DNA of 61,570 nucleotides, filler included. It is 6 parts of 6 records of this genome, joined end to end, with 100 filler letters (N's around TTAATTAATTAA, not from the genome) between each part and the next. Parts side by side here need not be neighbours in the genome. Positions count along the whole stretch, not along the records: positions 31,343 to 49,759 come from SRR31156797_11148; positions 49,860 to 61,570 come from SRR31156797_11166; 4 more parts are not named here. The stretch is one strand, 5' to 3'. The notes below the pieces were generated by a model that was not told the origin of the DNA, ran no database searches, and saw nothing but the letters and a program-made list of their open reading frames with translations. Numbering within the stretch: position 1 is the first letter of the stretch; every line of letters begins with the position of its first letter. The translations under genes and the position numbers were made by a program. Below are positions 40,036-49,860 of this stretch, one piece after another.

Positions 40036-41166
40036 ATGAAAATAAACTATATAACAGACCCCCGCCGCCTGCCTGAGGAGACCCCGGAAGAGAAGATCCG
40101 GGAGGCCGAAAAGGTTTCAGGCTCCTATCAATTCAGAAGCAACAGCTTCTATCAGTCCCTGATAAACTGGGATGATCCCAATGACCCTCTGTCCCGCCTG
40201 ATCATGCCTTCGGAGAGGGAACTGGATGAGTGGGGCCGCCTGGATCCCTCGGGGGAGAGCAACTACACCATCCTCCCCGGCCTGGAGCACAAGTACAACT
40301 CCACGGCCCTTATGCTGGTCAGCAATGTCTGCGGTGGAATCTGCCGCTACTGCTTCCGGAAAAGGGTATTCATGAAGGATGAGGACGCGGTGCTTCGCGA
40401 CATAGACGCCGCCGTCGCCTATATCCGGGAGCATAAGGAAGTGACCAACGTCCTGCTCACGGGCGGTGATCCCCTGATGCTCAATACCGGCAGGCTGCAG
40501 AAGTACCTGGACGCTCTTCTGGAGATCGATCATGTCAGGATCATCCGGATCGGCACCAAGATGCTCGCCTTCAATCCCTTCAGGGTACTGGACGATCCCC
40601 GGCTTTCCGAGCTCTTTTCAAAGGTCAATGCCTCTGACAAACAGCTCTATGTGATGACCCACTTCAACCACGTGAATGAGCTCAGCCCCGAGGCGAAGAA
40701 GGCCATCAACATTCTCAGAATGACCGGCGCCGAACTGACCAACCAGACGCCCATCATCCGCGGAGTCAACGACAACGCCGATGCCCTGGCCGAGCTGTTC
40801 AGGGAGCTCTCCTTTCTGGGCGTCCCCCCCTACTATATCTTCCAGTGCCGCCCCGCATCGGGCAACTCGGACTATGCCGTTCCCGTGGAAGAGGGCTACG
40901 GTCTGTTCGAAGCGGCCAGAGCCCAGGTCTCCGGACTCGCCAAGCGGGCCCGCTTCGTCATGTCCCATATGAGCGGAAAGATCGAGATCGTCGGCATGGA
41001 CAGAATGAATGTCTACATGAAATACCACAGAGCCGCCGATGACGCGGACAGCGCCAGCTTCATGGTGCTGAAGAGGAATCCCGAGGCCTACTGGTTTGAC
41101 GATTACGAGGAGATCCGGGAGAAGAATCCCCTGGACAGCCTCTACCACTCCTACGGCCCGGAGTAG
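40036..41166 (+). CDS. KamA-family radical SAM protein (lysine 2,3-aminomutase-like)
   Basis: GLEHKY, CGGICRYCFRK, LLTGGDPL, HFNH, PYYIFQCRP, SGKIEI. Confidence 0.92.
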   Translation: MKINYITDPRRLPEETPEEKIREAEKVSGSYQFRSNSFYQSLINWDDPNDPLSRLIMPSERELDEWGRLDPSGESNYTILPGLEHKYNSTALMLVSNVCGGICRYCFRKRVFMKDEDAVLRDIDAAVAYIREHKEVTNVLLTGGDPLMLNTGRLQKYLDALLEIDHVRIIRIGTKMLAFNPFRVLDDPRLSELFSKVNASDKQLYVMTHFNHVNELSPEAKKAINILRMTGAELTNQTPIIRGVNDNADALAELFRELSFLGVPPYYIFQCRPASGNSDYAVPVEEGYGLFEAARAQVSGLAKRARFVMSHMSGKIEIVGMDRMNVYMKYHRAADDADSASFMVLKRNPEAYWFDDYEEIREKNPLDSLYHSYGPE

Positions 41167-41167
41167 G

Positions 41168-41740
41168 ATGTACCGTTTCGGCTGCACCCTCTGCGGCGAA
41201 TGCTGCAGCGGGGAGATGAGGGTTTTTACAGGATCCCTCGATATCTACAGGATGGGACGCTTTCTGGAGCTTCGGAACAGCTCGGAGCTCTTCTCACGGC
41301 GGCTGCTGATGCTGGACGAGGGGCAGAACGGACTGTCCCTGCCCCGCATCCGCTTTAAGGAGAAGCCCTTCCCCTTCTGCCCTTTCCTGATCAATGATTT
41401 TGACGAGGAGAGGGGACTGAGGGGCCTGTGCACCCTCCATCCGGACCATAAGCCCCTGGTCTGCCGCCTCGCTCCCCTGAACCGACATCTGGACCTGGAT
41501 TCGGGAGAGGACCGGCTTGAGTTCACCCTTCCCCACCCGGACTGCCCAGGAGGAGAGAGAGATGCGGTTCTGGATCCCGCTAAAGAAAGGGAGCTGCTGG
41601 CTGGGGACCTGGAAAGGGAAAGGCGCTACTACCGCCTCCTCTCCGACAACGAAGAGGCCCCCGGTTTCCTATGGAGATTTCCCCTGGACCGTCCATTCGA
41701 CGAACTGCTGGAGGATTGGGAAAAGGGAAGGCGTCCGTGA
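41168..41740 (+). CDS. YkgJ family Cys-cluster protein
   Basis: CTLCGECC...CPFL...CTLHPDHKPLVCRLAP. Confidence 0.88.
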   Translation: MYRFGCTLCGECCSGEMRVFTGSLDIYRMGRFLELRNSSELFSRRLLMLDEGQNGLSLPRIRFKEKPFPFCPFLINDFDEERGLRGLCTLHPDHKPLVCRLAPLNRHLDLDSGEDRLEFTLPHPDCPGGERDAVLDPAKERELLAGDLERERRYYRLLSDNEEAPGFLWRFPLDRPFDELLEDWEKGRRP

Positions 41741-42489
41741 TCCCCTCTCTGAGCGGGGCTCTGGAGCTGAAAAAGGGTGACGCCGTCGCCCTCACGGGGG
41801 GCGGAGGCAAGAGCTCCCTGCTCTACGCGCTGGCCGCCGAAAATCCCTTCGGCAGAATACTCTGCACCACCAGCACGAAGATGTTCGATCCCCGCTCGGC
41901 GGGGCATCCCTTCGACAGGGTCCTGATCCCCTGGGAGGGGCCCGGCTTTCCCGAGGCCCGGACCGGCAGGGAACGCTGTTTCATCGCTTCGGGAGCCGTT
42001 CCCGGCCAAAGCGAAAAAGTAAACGGCTTGTCAAACAACTCCTTCGCCCTCTGGAAAGAACAGGGGGACTGGCCTATCCTGATCATTGAAGCCGACGGGG
42101 CGGCGGGAAGACCCCTGAAGGCCGCCGCGATGCACGAGCCTGTGATTCCTGACTGCGCTACAGTACATATCGCCTGTATCGGTCTGGACGTACTGGGCAA
42201 AGCCCTCAATGGCAACTGGGTACACCGGCCCGAACTCGTTTCGGAAAGAAGCGGACTGAAGATGGGCCGGAGCATCGGCCCCGAGGATCTGAAGACCCTG
42301 ATCCTTCACAGAGAGGGATTGTTCAAGGGCAGCGGAAAGGATGTGAGAAGGATCCTTTTTCTGAACAAGGCCGATGCCCTGGCCCCCTCCTGGAAGATCG
42401 AGGAGATCGCGGCAGCCCTTCGGATCCCCGGAATGAAGATAGTGGCGGCCTCGCTTGCCGTCCCCCCCGCCCTTCGCCTAAACTGTTAG
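41737..42489 (+). CDS. yqeC: Selenium cofactor biosynthesis protein YqeC
   Basis: GGGGKSS, TTSTKM, IEADGAAGRPLKA...EPVIP, HRPE, LNKAD; GTGA overlap with ykgJ. Confidence 0.9.
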   Translation: MIPSLSGALELKKGDAVALTGGGGKSSLLYALAAENPFGRILCTTSTKMFDPRSAGHPFDRVLIPWEGPGFPEARTGRERCFIASGAVPGQSEKVNGLSNNSFALWKEQGDWPILIIEADGAAGRPLKAAAMHEPVIPDCATVHIACIGLDVLGKALNGNWVHRPELVSERSGLKMGRSIGPEDLKTLILHREGLFKGSGKDVRRILFLNKADALAPSWKIEEIAAALRIPGMKIVAASLAVPPALRLNC

Positions 42490-42520
42490 CTGCCGCTTCC
42501 TCAGGAAGCGAGCCCAAGGA

Positions 42521-44155
42521 GTGAACATGTCCCTATTCTCAACGGCAGCGAAGCTTGAAGAGCAAAACAAGAAGTTCGCGTTTATCAGCATTACGAAATC
42601 TGAAGGCTCGGCTCCCCGGGAAAAAGCCAATATGATCCTCCTTCCCGACGGCAGCATTGAGGGAACCGTCGGAGGCGGTCCGGCGGAGAGGCTGGTCTGC
42701 GAAGAGGGTTTGAAATGCCTGGAGGACGGCGTCTCCCGTACGGTCAGCTACCGCCTGGACAGCGGAGATTCCCCCGAGAGCATCTCCATGGTCTGCGGCG
42801 GCTGTATGGACTTCTTCATCGAGGTCTTCCTTCCCCGCCCCTCCCTCTTCCTGGCAGGAGGGGGCCATGTGAACCGCGCCGTCGCCTCCCTGGCCGATCT
42901 TTTGGGCTATCCCTACGCCGTCGCCGACAGCCGCCCCGGCTTTCCCGGGGAGGAGAACTACCCTGGAGCCATGGAACGCCTGCATGGGGAGAGCCCCGCC
43001 GCCTATATACGGGAGGCGGTGGACAGGAATCTGATACGCGGGGAAACGGCCCTGATCGTGGCCACCCACAACCACGACGATACGGCTTTGGACGCCGCTC
43101 TCAAGACGGACAGCTCCTATATCGGCATGCTGGGAAGCAAGCGCAAGACAGCCCTCTTTCTTAAGAAGATGCGGGAAAAGGGACATTCCGAGGCGGACCT
43201 GGCCAGGATCCACGCCCCCGTCGGCCTCGCTCTGGGGGCGGAAACGCCCGCCGAGATAGCCCTGAGCATCATGGCCGAAATCATGGCCGTCCGCAGCGGA
43301 GGAAACGCCTCCCCCCTGACGATCAACACAGCCGGCCGGAGCCGGAGATCACCCCTCGTCCTTGTCAGAGGCGCCGGGGATATCGCCACGGGCGTCATCA
43401 TCCGCCTTCACAACTGCGGTTTCAGGGTGGCCGCCCTTGAGGCTGAGCAGCCCACGGTTATCCGCAGAACCGTTGCCCTGGCCGAAGCCGTGACGGCGGG
43501 ATCGGCCGTTGTCGAGGGAGTGGAAGCCCGCCGCTGCACGACGGAAGAGGAGATACGGAAGGCCTTCGCCGAGGGGAGGATCCCCATTGTTGCAGATCCC
43601 GAAGGCCTCTGGATAGAAAGGCTGAAGCCCCTCTGCGTGGTGGACGCCATCATCGCCAAGAGGAACCTGGGAACCCGCAGGGACATGGCTCCCGTGGTCA
43701 TAGGACTGGGCCCCGGCTTTACCGCCGGAGAGGACGTGCATGCGGTGGTGGAGACCAACAGGGGCCACAGCCTGGGGCAGATCATAAGCGAGGGGAAGGC
43801 CATGGCGGATACGGGCATTCCCGGCATCATAGCGGGCTACGGGAAAGAGAGGGTCATCCACGCACCGACGGCGGGCAGGGTGGATGTCATCCACGATATC
43901 GGCAGTCTGGTGAAAAAGGGAGAGGCCCTCGCCCGCATCGGAGAAACGGTTGTCAGCGCTCCCCTGGAAGGCGTCGTACGGGGGATGATCGCTGACGGGA
44001 CTGTCGTACCCAAGGGTATGAAGATGGGGGACGTGGATCCCAGAGGGGACGCCTCCTACTGCCTCCAGGTCTCCGACAAAGCCCGCTCCGTAGGGGGCGG
44101 CGTGCTGGAAGCCCTTCTCCGGCTCTCCCGGCTCATCCCGGAGTCGGCCCGTTGA
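42521..44155 (+). CDS. yqeB: XdhC-YqeB fusion, selenium-dependent molybdenum cofactor biosynthesis protein
   Basis: GSAPR, GTVGGG, CGG, YIGMLGS, AETPAEIA (XdhC) followed by RGAGDIATG, DAIIAKRNLGT, GDVDPR (YqeB). Confidence 0.92.
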   Translation: MNMSLFSTAAKLEEQNKKFAFISITKSEGSAPREKANMILLPDGSIEGTVGGGPAERLVCEEGLKCLEDGVSRTVSYRLDSGDSPESISMVCGGCMDFFIEVFLPRPSLFLAGGGHVNRAVASLADLLGYPYAVADSRPGFPGEENYPGAMERLHGESPAAYIREAVDRNLIRGETALIVATHNHDDTALDAALKTDSSYIGMLGSKRKTALFLKKMREKGHSEADLARIHAPVGLALGAETPAEIALSIMAEIMAVRSGGNASPLTINTAGRSRRSPLVLVRGAGDIATGVIIRLHNCGFRVAALEAEQPTVIRRTVALAEAVTAGSAVVEGVEARRCTTEEEIRKAFAEGRIPIVADPEGLWIERLKPLCVVDAIIAKRNLGTRRDMAPVVIGLGPGFTAGEDVHAVVETNRGHSLGQIISEGKAMADTGIPGIIAGYGKERVIHAPTAGRVDVIHDIGSLVKKGEALARIGETVVSAPLEGVVRGMIADGTVVPKGMKMGDVDPRGDASYCLQVSDKARSVGGGVLEALLRLSRLIPESAR

Positions 44156-45312
44156 TCTATCTGGACAACGCTGCCACCAGCTGGCCCAAGGCCCCCGGAA
44201 CGGCGGAGGCGGTAGCCCGAACGATGGAGCGGCCCACGGGCAATCCGGGCCGCAGCTCCCACGGGGCGGGCATACGGGCCGACCGCATCCTCTTTGAACT
44301 CAGGGAGTCGCTGGCCGAACTCTTCGCTCTGGAAGACAGCAGTCATATCGTTCTGAATTCGGGGGCCACCGAATCCCTCAACACCGTTTTCAAGGGCTTC
44401 CTGAAACCGGGGATGAAAGTTCTCACCTCCTCTATGGAACACAACGCCGTCATGCGCCCCCTGAACCAGCTGATCCGGGAAAGGAATGTCGGCGTCTCCC
44501 GATTCGCCAGCCTCCCCGAATCAGGACGCCCCGACATGATGGACTTGGAGAAGCAGCTGAATGAGGATCCCGACCTGCTGGTTCTGACGGCGGCGTCCAA
44601 TGTCTGCGGCGTCGTCTTCCCCCTGGAGGAAATTGCCTTCCTCGCCCGAAAAAGGGGAATCCCCGTCTGTGTGGATGCCGCCCAGGGCGGCGGGGAAACA
44701 GAGCTCTACCCCGAAAAATGGGGCATAGACTACCTCTGCTTCGCCGGCCATAAAGGCCTTTTGGGGCCTGCGGGTACGGGAGGATTCTATATCAGAGATC
44801 CCGAAACACTGCCGCCTCTGATTTCCGGCGGCACCGGCAGCCGCTCCCGAGAGGAGGAACAGCCTCTGCACATGCCCGACCGCTTCGAAAGCGGCACTCC
44901 CAATATCCCGGGACTGGCGGGTCTGCTTCACAGCCTTACATTCCTCGCCGAATCGGATAAACTGAAAGAGGAGGCGGATCGCCGCTTCGGCCGATTCCTC
45001 TCATCATTAAGGGAGATCGAAGGTATATCCATCGTGGGCAGACCGGAGGATGCCGGCCCCGGGGAATATATCCGGGTCCTCTCCATCCTTCCCGATCAGG
45101 GAGGCCTGACAGAGCTGACAGCCCATATGGACCGCCGGAACATCGCCCTGAGATCGGGGCTTCACTGCGCCCCGGCGGCCCACAGGAGCCTGGGATCCTT
45201 CCGATCGGGAGGAACCCTGAGGGTATCCCCCGGACTGCTGAGCAGTGACGGCGATCTGAATTTATTTATTGAATCACTGAAGGAGTTTATATGCCGAATC
45301 CCGAGAAACTGA
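44152..45312 (+). CDS. Cysteine desulfurase/selenocysteine lyase family (class V PLP enzyme)
   Basis: IYLDNAATSWPK, EHNAV, DAAQ, GHKGLLGP, RSGLHCAP. Confidence 0.92.
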   Translation: MIYLDNAATSWPKAPGTAEAVARTMERPTGNPGRSSHGAGIRADRILFELRESLAELFALEDSSHIVLNSGATESLNTVFKGFLKPGMKVLTSSMEHNAVMRPLNQLIRERNVGVSRFASLPESGRPDMMDLEKQLNEDPDLLVLTAASNVCGVVFPLEEIAFLARKRGIPVCVDAAQGGGETELYPEKWGIDYLCFAGHKGLLGPAGTGGFYIRDPETLPPLISGGTGSRSREEEQPLHMPDRFESGTPNIPGLAGLLHSLTFLAESDKLKEEADRRFGRFLSSLREIEGISIVGRPEDAGPGEYIRVLSILPDQGGLTELTAHMDRRNIALRSGLHCAPAAHRSLGSFRSGGTLRVSPGLLSSDGDLNLFIESLKEFICRIPRN

Positions 45313-46331
45313 CCAGCTACTCCCGCTTCTCCGGATGCGGTGCCAAGCTGGGCCCCGCCCTGCTGGACAAGGCCCTCTGCGGCCTGCGGCAGCCCAGCTA
45401 CCCCCAGGTTCTTGCCGATTTCTCCGGCAGTGAGGATGCCGGCGTATACAAGATCAGCGACGATACGGCCCTGGTACAGACCATCGACTTCTTCCCGCCC
45501 ATCAGCGATGACCCGGAGATATTCGGCGAAATCGCGGCGGCCAACTCCCTGTCGGACATCTACGCCATGGGAGGCCGGCCGATCAGCGCCGTCAACGTCC
45601 TCTGCTACCCAGACGAATCCCTGCCCCTGGACTATCTGAGAAAGATCATGGAGGGGGCCCTGAGGAAGCTGGAAGAGGCGGAGGCGGCTCTGCTGGGCGG
45701 GCACAGCGTGAGCGATCCCGAGCTGAAGTTCGGCTTCTGTGTGAACGGCCTGATCCATCCCGACAGGATCATCCGCAACAATACGCCCCGTCCCGGTGAA
45801 CGCCTGGTCCTGACCAAGGCCCTGGGCAGCGGCACGATCAATACGGCCCTGAGAGCGGAGATGGCGTCTAAGGAGGCCGTGGAGGCCTCGGAGGAGGGCA
45901 TGAGAACTCTGAACCGCAGGGCGGCGGAACTCATGAGGGAGATGGGGGCCTCGGCCTGTACGGACGTGACCGGCTTCGGCCTGGCCGGCCATGCGGCGGA
46001 GATGGCCCTGGACAGCGGCTGCGACCTTCTTATCAATCCGGAGGATCTGCCCGTCCTGCCCGAAGCGTTGCGCTACCTCTCCATGGGGCTCGTTCCCGAG
46101 GGAAGCTTCAGGAACAGAGAATTCAGGATAGGCCGCATCAGGAACCCCGAATCCGTGCCCACAGAGCTCCTCGACCTCCTCTTCGACCCCCAGACTTCGG
46201 GAGGGCTGCTCTGCTCCCTGCCGGCAGAAGAGGCGGAAGGGTTCTGCGAAACACTGCGGGAAGAGGGTCACAGGGCCGCCCTTATCGGAACGGTGAAGGA
46301 AGGGGACGGAAGGATCATACTGGATGCATGA
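45291..46331 (+). CDS. selD: Selenide, water dikinase (Cys form)
   Basis: SGCGAK, EDAGVY, DFFPP, ANSLSDIYAMGG, TDVTGFGL, DPQTSGGLL. Confidence 0.96.
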   Translation: MPNPEKLTSYSRFSGCGAKLGPALLDKALCGLRQPSYPQVLADFSGSEDAGVYKISDDTALVQTIDFFPPISDDPEIFGEIAAANSLSDIYAMGGRPISAVNVLCYPDESLPLDYLRKIMEGALRKLEEAEAALLGGHSVSDPELKFGFCVNGLIHPDRIIRNNTPRPGERLVLTKALGSGTINTALRAEMASKEAVEASEEGMRTLNRRAAELMREMGASACTDVTGFGLAGHAAEMALDSGCDLLINPEDLPVLPEALRYLSMGLVPEGSFRNREFRIGRIRNPESVPTELLDLLFDPQTSGGLLCSLPAEEAEGFCETLREEGHRAALIGTVKEGDGRIILDA

Positions 46332-46578
46332 TTTTCTCTTCACCTTTGAGAGCACTCACCAGGCGATGAAGGGAGAAAGATACCATAGACAGCAGGGTAG
46401 GAGGGTGAAACTGATCCCCACTCCCTTTGAGATCTTTGCGGAGTGCGGATTCAGTCTGGAGATGAATCTGGACGAGGACATGCTGGACAGGATCCGACGG
46501 GACGACAAATGGAAATACAGCGAATGCTATCTGATAATAAGCGACGACGGGAGGAACAGACGCTATGAAAAACTATAA
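46324..46578 (+). CDS. DUF3343 putative Se/S carrier
   Basis: FESTHQAMKGE...LIPTP..I...CG; overlaps selD and yedF. Confidence 0.82.
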   Translation: MHDFLFTFESTHQAMKGERYHRQQGRRVKLIPTPFEIFAECGFSLEMNLDEDMLDRIRRDDKWKYSECYLIISDDGRNRRYEKL

Positions 46579-47206
46579 GGTGGATGCCAGAGGACTGGAC
46601 TGCCCCAAGCCCCTGCTGAGGACCAAGCAGGCCCTTGAACAGGAGGAGTTCGACACCATAACCGTACTGGTCGGCAATGTGCCGGCCAGGGAGAACGTCC
46701 TCCGCTTTCTCACCCACTCCGGAATGGAGGGCGTCGAGTGGCAGGAGTTGGGGAAGGAAGAGTTCTCCATCAGCGCGGCCAGGGGGGGAGAGATCGCCCC
46801 GTCCTCTCCGGGAAAGGCTGAGGCAAGCACAGGAAAAAGCCCGGCGGTCCCCCGGGAAGGCAAAGCCTCCGGGAAGACCGTCCTCATCGCCAGCGCCAGG
46901 ATGGGAACGGGCGAGAAGGGACTGGGAAGCCTGCTGATGAAGGGCTATGTCTACACCCTTACCCAGCTGGACGTCCCGCCCCGCTGCGTCATCTTTATGA
47001 ATTCGGGCGTCAAGCTCAGCCTTCAGGACTCGGAGAGCCTGGACGATCTGAAAACCCTTGAGGAGAAAGGGGTGAAGCTATTGGTCTGCGGAACCTGTCT
47101 GGACTTTCTGAACGTCCGGGAGCAGATGGGGGTCGGCGTCATCTCCAATATGTATGAGATCGCCTCCGAACTTCATGCCCCCGGAGAGCTGATCAGCCTG
47201 ACCTGA
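46565..47206 (+). CDS. yedF: YedF-type selenium metabolism protein (TusA + DsrE domains)
   Basis: DARGLDCPKP TusA motif; FMNSGVKL...VCGTCLD...SNMYEI DsrE domain. Confidence 0.9.
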   Translation: MKNYKVDARGLDCPKPLLRTKQALEQEEFDTITVLVGNVPARENVLRFLTHSGMEGVEWQELGKEEFSISAARGGEIAPSSPGKAEASTGKSPAVPREGKASGKTVLIASARMGTGEKGLGSLLMKGYVYTLTQLDVPPRCVIFMNSGVKLSLQDSESLDDLKTLEEKGVKLLVCGTCLDFLNVREQMGVGVISNMYEIASELHAPGELISLT

Positions 47207-47218
47207 CGACGGAGAGCT

Positions 47219-47935
47219 ATGAGCGCAACTGTGAAAATCCTCTGTCTGGGGGACAGCCTGACCGCGGGAACCCTGGGGATCTCCTGGCTGGAGATTCTCA
47301 GAGAGCGCCCCGCCCTGCAGGGCTGGGAGCTGATAAACGCCGGAGAGAACGGCTTTACCATGGCGGGACTGGAATCCCGTCTGACCGGATACCTCGAGAG
47401 GGAGGATGCCCCCGATATCCTTATCCTCGAGGGAGGTGCCAATGATATCCTGCTCCCCCATATGCAGTCCGCCGGCAGGGCCTGGGATCCCTTTATCCGA
47501 AGGCTCCTCCGTCACGGCTCCCCGCCTGCGCCCTCACTCAGCGATTTCCAGAATACACTGACAAGGATCGGCGAAACCGCGGAACGGGCAGGGATCGAGA
47601 AAACGATCAGCTGTACCATTCCCTGCCTGGGAGAGGATCTGGACAGCCCCCTTAACCGCCGCAGGGAAGAGTACAATCGCATTATAAAAAGGAACTCGAG
47701 CCTCGTCGCGGATACGGCCCCGGCCTTTGAGGACATCCTCCGTTCCCTCTCCCCGTCTTCCTATCTCTTCGAAACTCCGGAGCAGCTGCAGGAGGATGCC
47801 CTTACCCTCAGCAGCCGGGGCGAAGAGGAGCTCTGCGCGAAACGGGGACTCCGCCTGACCATCGACGGCGCCCATCTCAACAGCCGGGGGGCCCGTATAT
47901 TCGCGGAGTCCGTTGAAAGCAGCCTCTCCTTATAA
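47219..47935 (+). CDS. SGNH/GDSL hydrolase
   Basis: GDSLT, NAG, GANDI, DGAHLN. Confidence 0.92.
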   Translation: MSATVKILCLGDSLTAGTLGISWLEILRERPALQGWELINAGENGFTMAGLESRLTGYLEREDAPDILILEGGANDILLPHMQSAGRAWDPFIRRLLRHGSPPAPSLSDFQNTLTRIGETAERAGIEKTISCTIPCLGEDLDSPLNRRREEYNRIIKRNSSLVADTAPAFEDILRSLSPSSYLFETPEQLQEDALTLSSRGEEELCAKRGLRLTIDGAHLNSRGARIFAESVESSLSL

Positions 47936-48049
47936 CACAGTTTTTTGAAATTTCATCGTTTTGATAAAATTTTATTTTTTGTTAATGGAAACTGAACCGA
48001 CTCATGTTAATATGAACCAAAGTTAAGAGCGAACTAACGGAAGATCAGG

Positions 48050-48712
48050 ATGAGCCAGAACCTAGTTGAATACGCTATCAGCGAATCAAAGACACTGACC
48101 GTAAAAACCGTCTCCTATCTATCCAGGGAAAGGAGTTACATCGACCGCGTGCTGATGCAATATCTGAATGAGATAGAGAAGCCCTTCCTGTCCAATCAGG
48201 TCTCCTACTGCCTGCACGAACTGGCGGGGAACGCCAACCGGGCCAACGCCAAGCGCGTCTACTTCAGCGAGAAGGGCCTGGACATCCAGAGCGCCGAGGA
48301 CTACCGGAAGGGGCTGGCGACCTTCCGCCAGGAGGCCTACGGCCAGATCAACGAATTTCATTTCAAACAGAAAGCCGCCGGACTCTATATCAAGATAGAC
48401 TTCCAGTTAAAAGACGAATCCCTCCGTATCCGGGTAAGGAACAATACCCCACTCACCAGCGAAGAGCACGACAAGATCCGGGAAAAGTTCGATGTCATGA
48501 AGCATCACAACACCATACCGGACGCCTACAACGCCCTGGAAGACTACAGCGAGGGAGCGGGTCTGGGACTGGTCATGATCCTGAACCTGCTGAGCAATAT
48601 GGGCTTCGGCTCAGAGGCCCTCAGGGTGGAGGCCAACGACAAGGAGACCATCGCCACCCTCTATCTGGGCGCCGGCATGGACTACCGGGAGCAGGAGCTG
48701 CTGGACGCCTGA
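48050..48712 (+). CDS. Stand-alone HATPase-like (anti-sigma kinase-like) protein
   Basis: ELAGNANRAN N-box and EGAGLGL G2-box; no HisKA domain recognised. Confidence 0.65.
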   Translation: MSQNLVEYAISESKTLTVKTVSYLSRERSYIDRVLMQYLNEIEKPFLSNQVSYCLHELAGNANRANAKRVYFSEKGLDIQSAEDYRKGLATFRQEAYGQINEFHFKQKAAGLYIKIDFQLKDESLRIRVRNNTPLTSEEHDKIREKFDVMKHHNTIPDAYNALEDYSEGAGLGLVMILNLLSNMGFGSEALRVEANDKETIATLYLGAGMDYREQELLDA

Positions 48713-48754
48713 AGCGCCGCCGCTCTTATCAAAACCGTATCCTACCAATAGATA

Positions 48755-48800
48755 AAAAGGCCGCTCAAGGGGGAAGCTTCCCCATACTGAGCGGCCCTGA
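48755..48800. terminator. Hairpin between convergent genes
   Basis: AAAAGGCCGCTCA...TGAGCGGCC. Confidence 0.6.
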
Positions 48801-48844
48801 TATTTATAATCGTTTCGGAAGACCGGCGCAAAGCCGGTATTTTA

Positions 48845-49759
48845 CTACACCTTCAGGGGGAATCCCGCGGCCTCCAGGGTCTTCACAACCCTGGCTTCCG
48901 CCTCATGGATAAACTCGCCCGACAGTGTCTTCTCCGCATCCTTGAAGGAGGTCCGTATGGTAACGGCCTTCTGCTCGTCGCTCATGATAAAGACGTCGGC
49001 CACCCTCACGCTGTCCAGCTCCTTGAGCTTCAGCTTCTTCAGCGCGCCGGCAACGGTCTCCACGGGAGTATGGATATCCGCCACTACCGTACAGTCGAAG
49101 AGGGAAGAGGGGAAGCGGTCCAGAGGCTTGTACTTTGTTTTGTCCTTCATCCTCTGATCCTGGAAGTCGCTCAGATCCAGAAGGGCGATCACCAGATTGC
49201 CCTTGATCTTGAAGCTCCGGGCCACAAGGGGGTGGACGGTGAAGATGGTTCCCCGGCTCTTGCCCATGATCTGGATGTCCAGGATCTCATGGGGATGGAG
49301 GCCCTCCCAGCCGCTGGGGTAGAGCTCGTTGCGCTCATTGGCTCCCGTCACCATCCTGTATTTCAGGTTCAGGGCGTTCAGCAGCTCCTCCATCCGGTCG
49401 GCGACCTCGATAAAGGGGGAGTTCTTCTTATCGAAGAAGGCGAGTCCCAGCTGGTGCTTCTCCTCGGAGAAGGCCTTTTCGTCCTCCAGATAGCTCCGTC
49501 CCATCTCGAACATCCTGAAGGAAGAAAAACTCTTCTGGTTCAAAGCCGAAGAGGCCAGGAGGCTGGGGATCAGGGAGGGCCGCATCCGGTCCGATTCGGG
49601 GCTCATGGCGTTGGCCAGCACGAGCGTCTCGTTCTTCACGGGCCAGTAGGCCTGATCCAGAAGCTTCTCACCCACCATGGGGTAAGTCATGATCTCCAGA
49701 GCGCCCGCCCTGTTCACCATAAAATCCTGAATCAGCCGGGTCTTCTGTTTGGCCTCGGA
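48845..49759 (-). CDS. pheT: Phenylalanine-tRNA ligase beta subunit, C-terminal part (5'-truncated)
   Basis: MRPSLIPSLL, FEMGRSY, C-terminal FDX-ACB domain (RFPS..D...KTLS). Confidence 0.88.
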   Translation of the reverse strand, partial: SEAKQKTRLIQDFMVNRAGALEIMTYPMVGEKLLDQAYWPVKNETLVLANAMSPESDRMRPSLIPSLLASSALNQKSFSSFRMFEMGRSYLEDEKAFSEEKHQLGLAFFDKKNSPFIEVADRMEELLNALNLKYRMVTGANERNELYPSGWEGLHPHEILDIQIMGKSRGTIFTVHPLVARSFKIKGNLVIALLDLSDFQDQRMKDKTKYKPLDRFPSSLFDCTVVADIHTPVETVAGALKKLKLKELDSVRVADVFIMSDEQKAVTIRTSFKDAEKTLSGEFIHEAEARVVKTLEAAGFPLKV

Positions 49760-49859
49760 NNNNNNNNNNNNNNNNNNNNNNNNNNNNNNNNNNNNNNNNN
49801 NNNTTAATTAATTAANNNNNNNNNNNNNNNNNNNNNNNNNNNNNNNNNNNNNNNNNNNN
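49760..49859. other. Artificial contig spacer
   Basis: N-run + TTAATTAATTAA + N-run. Confidence 0.99.
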
Positions 49860-49860
49860 C

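Noticed and set aside
42521-44155. XdhC-YqeB fusion as a novelty
   Set aside because: E. coli YqeB has the same two-part architecture and similar length.
45291-45350. Selenocysteine recoding in selD
   Set aside because: The active-site codon is TGC (Cys); there is no in-frame TGA. The YHS protein and YedF also have Cys.
44152-46331. Linking the desulfurase/SelD to the contig 1 phosphorothioate-like operon (sulfur or selenium DNA modification)
   Set aside because: They are on different contigs with different composition, very likely different organisms; adjacency is an artefact of concatenation.
10908-49859. Recurrent TTAATTAATTAA motif and ORFs containing X runs
   Set aside because: Artificial all-frame-stop linker within N spacers; not biological.
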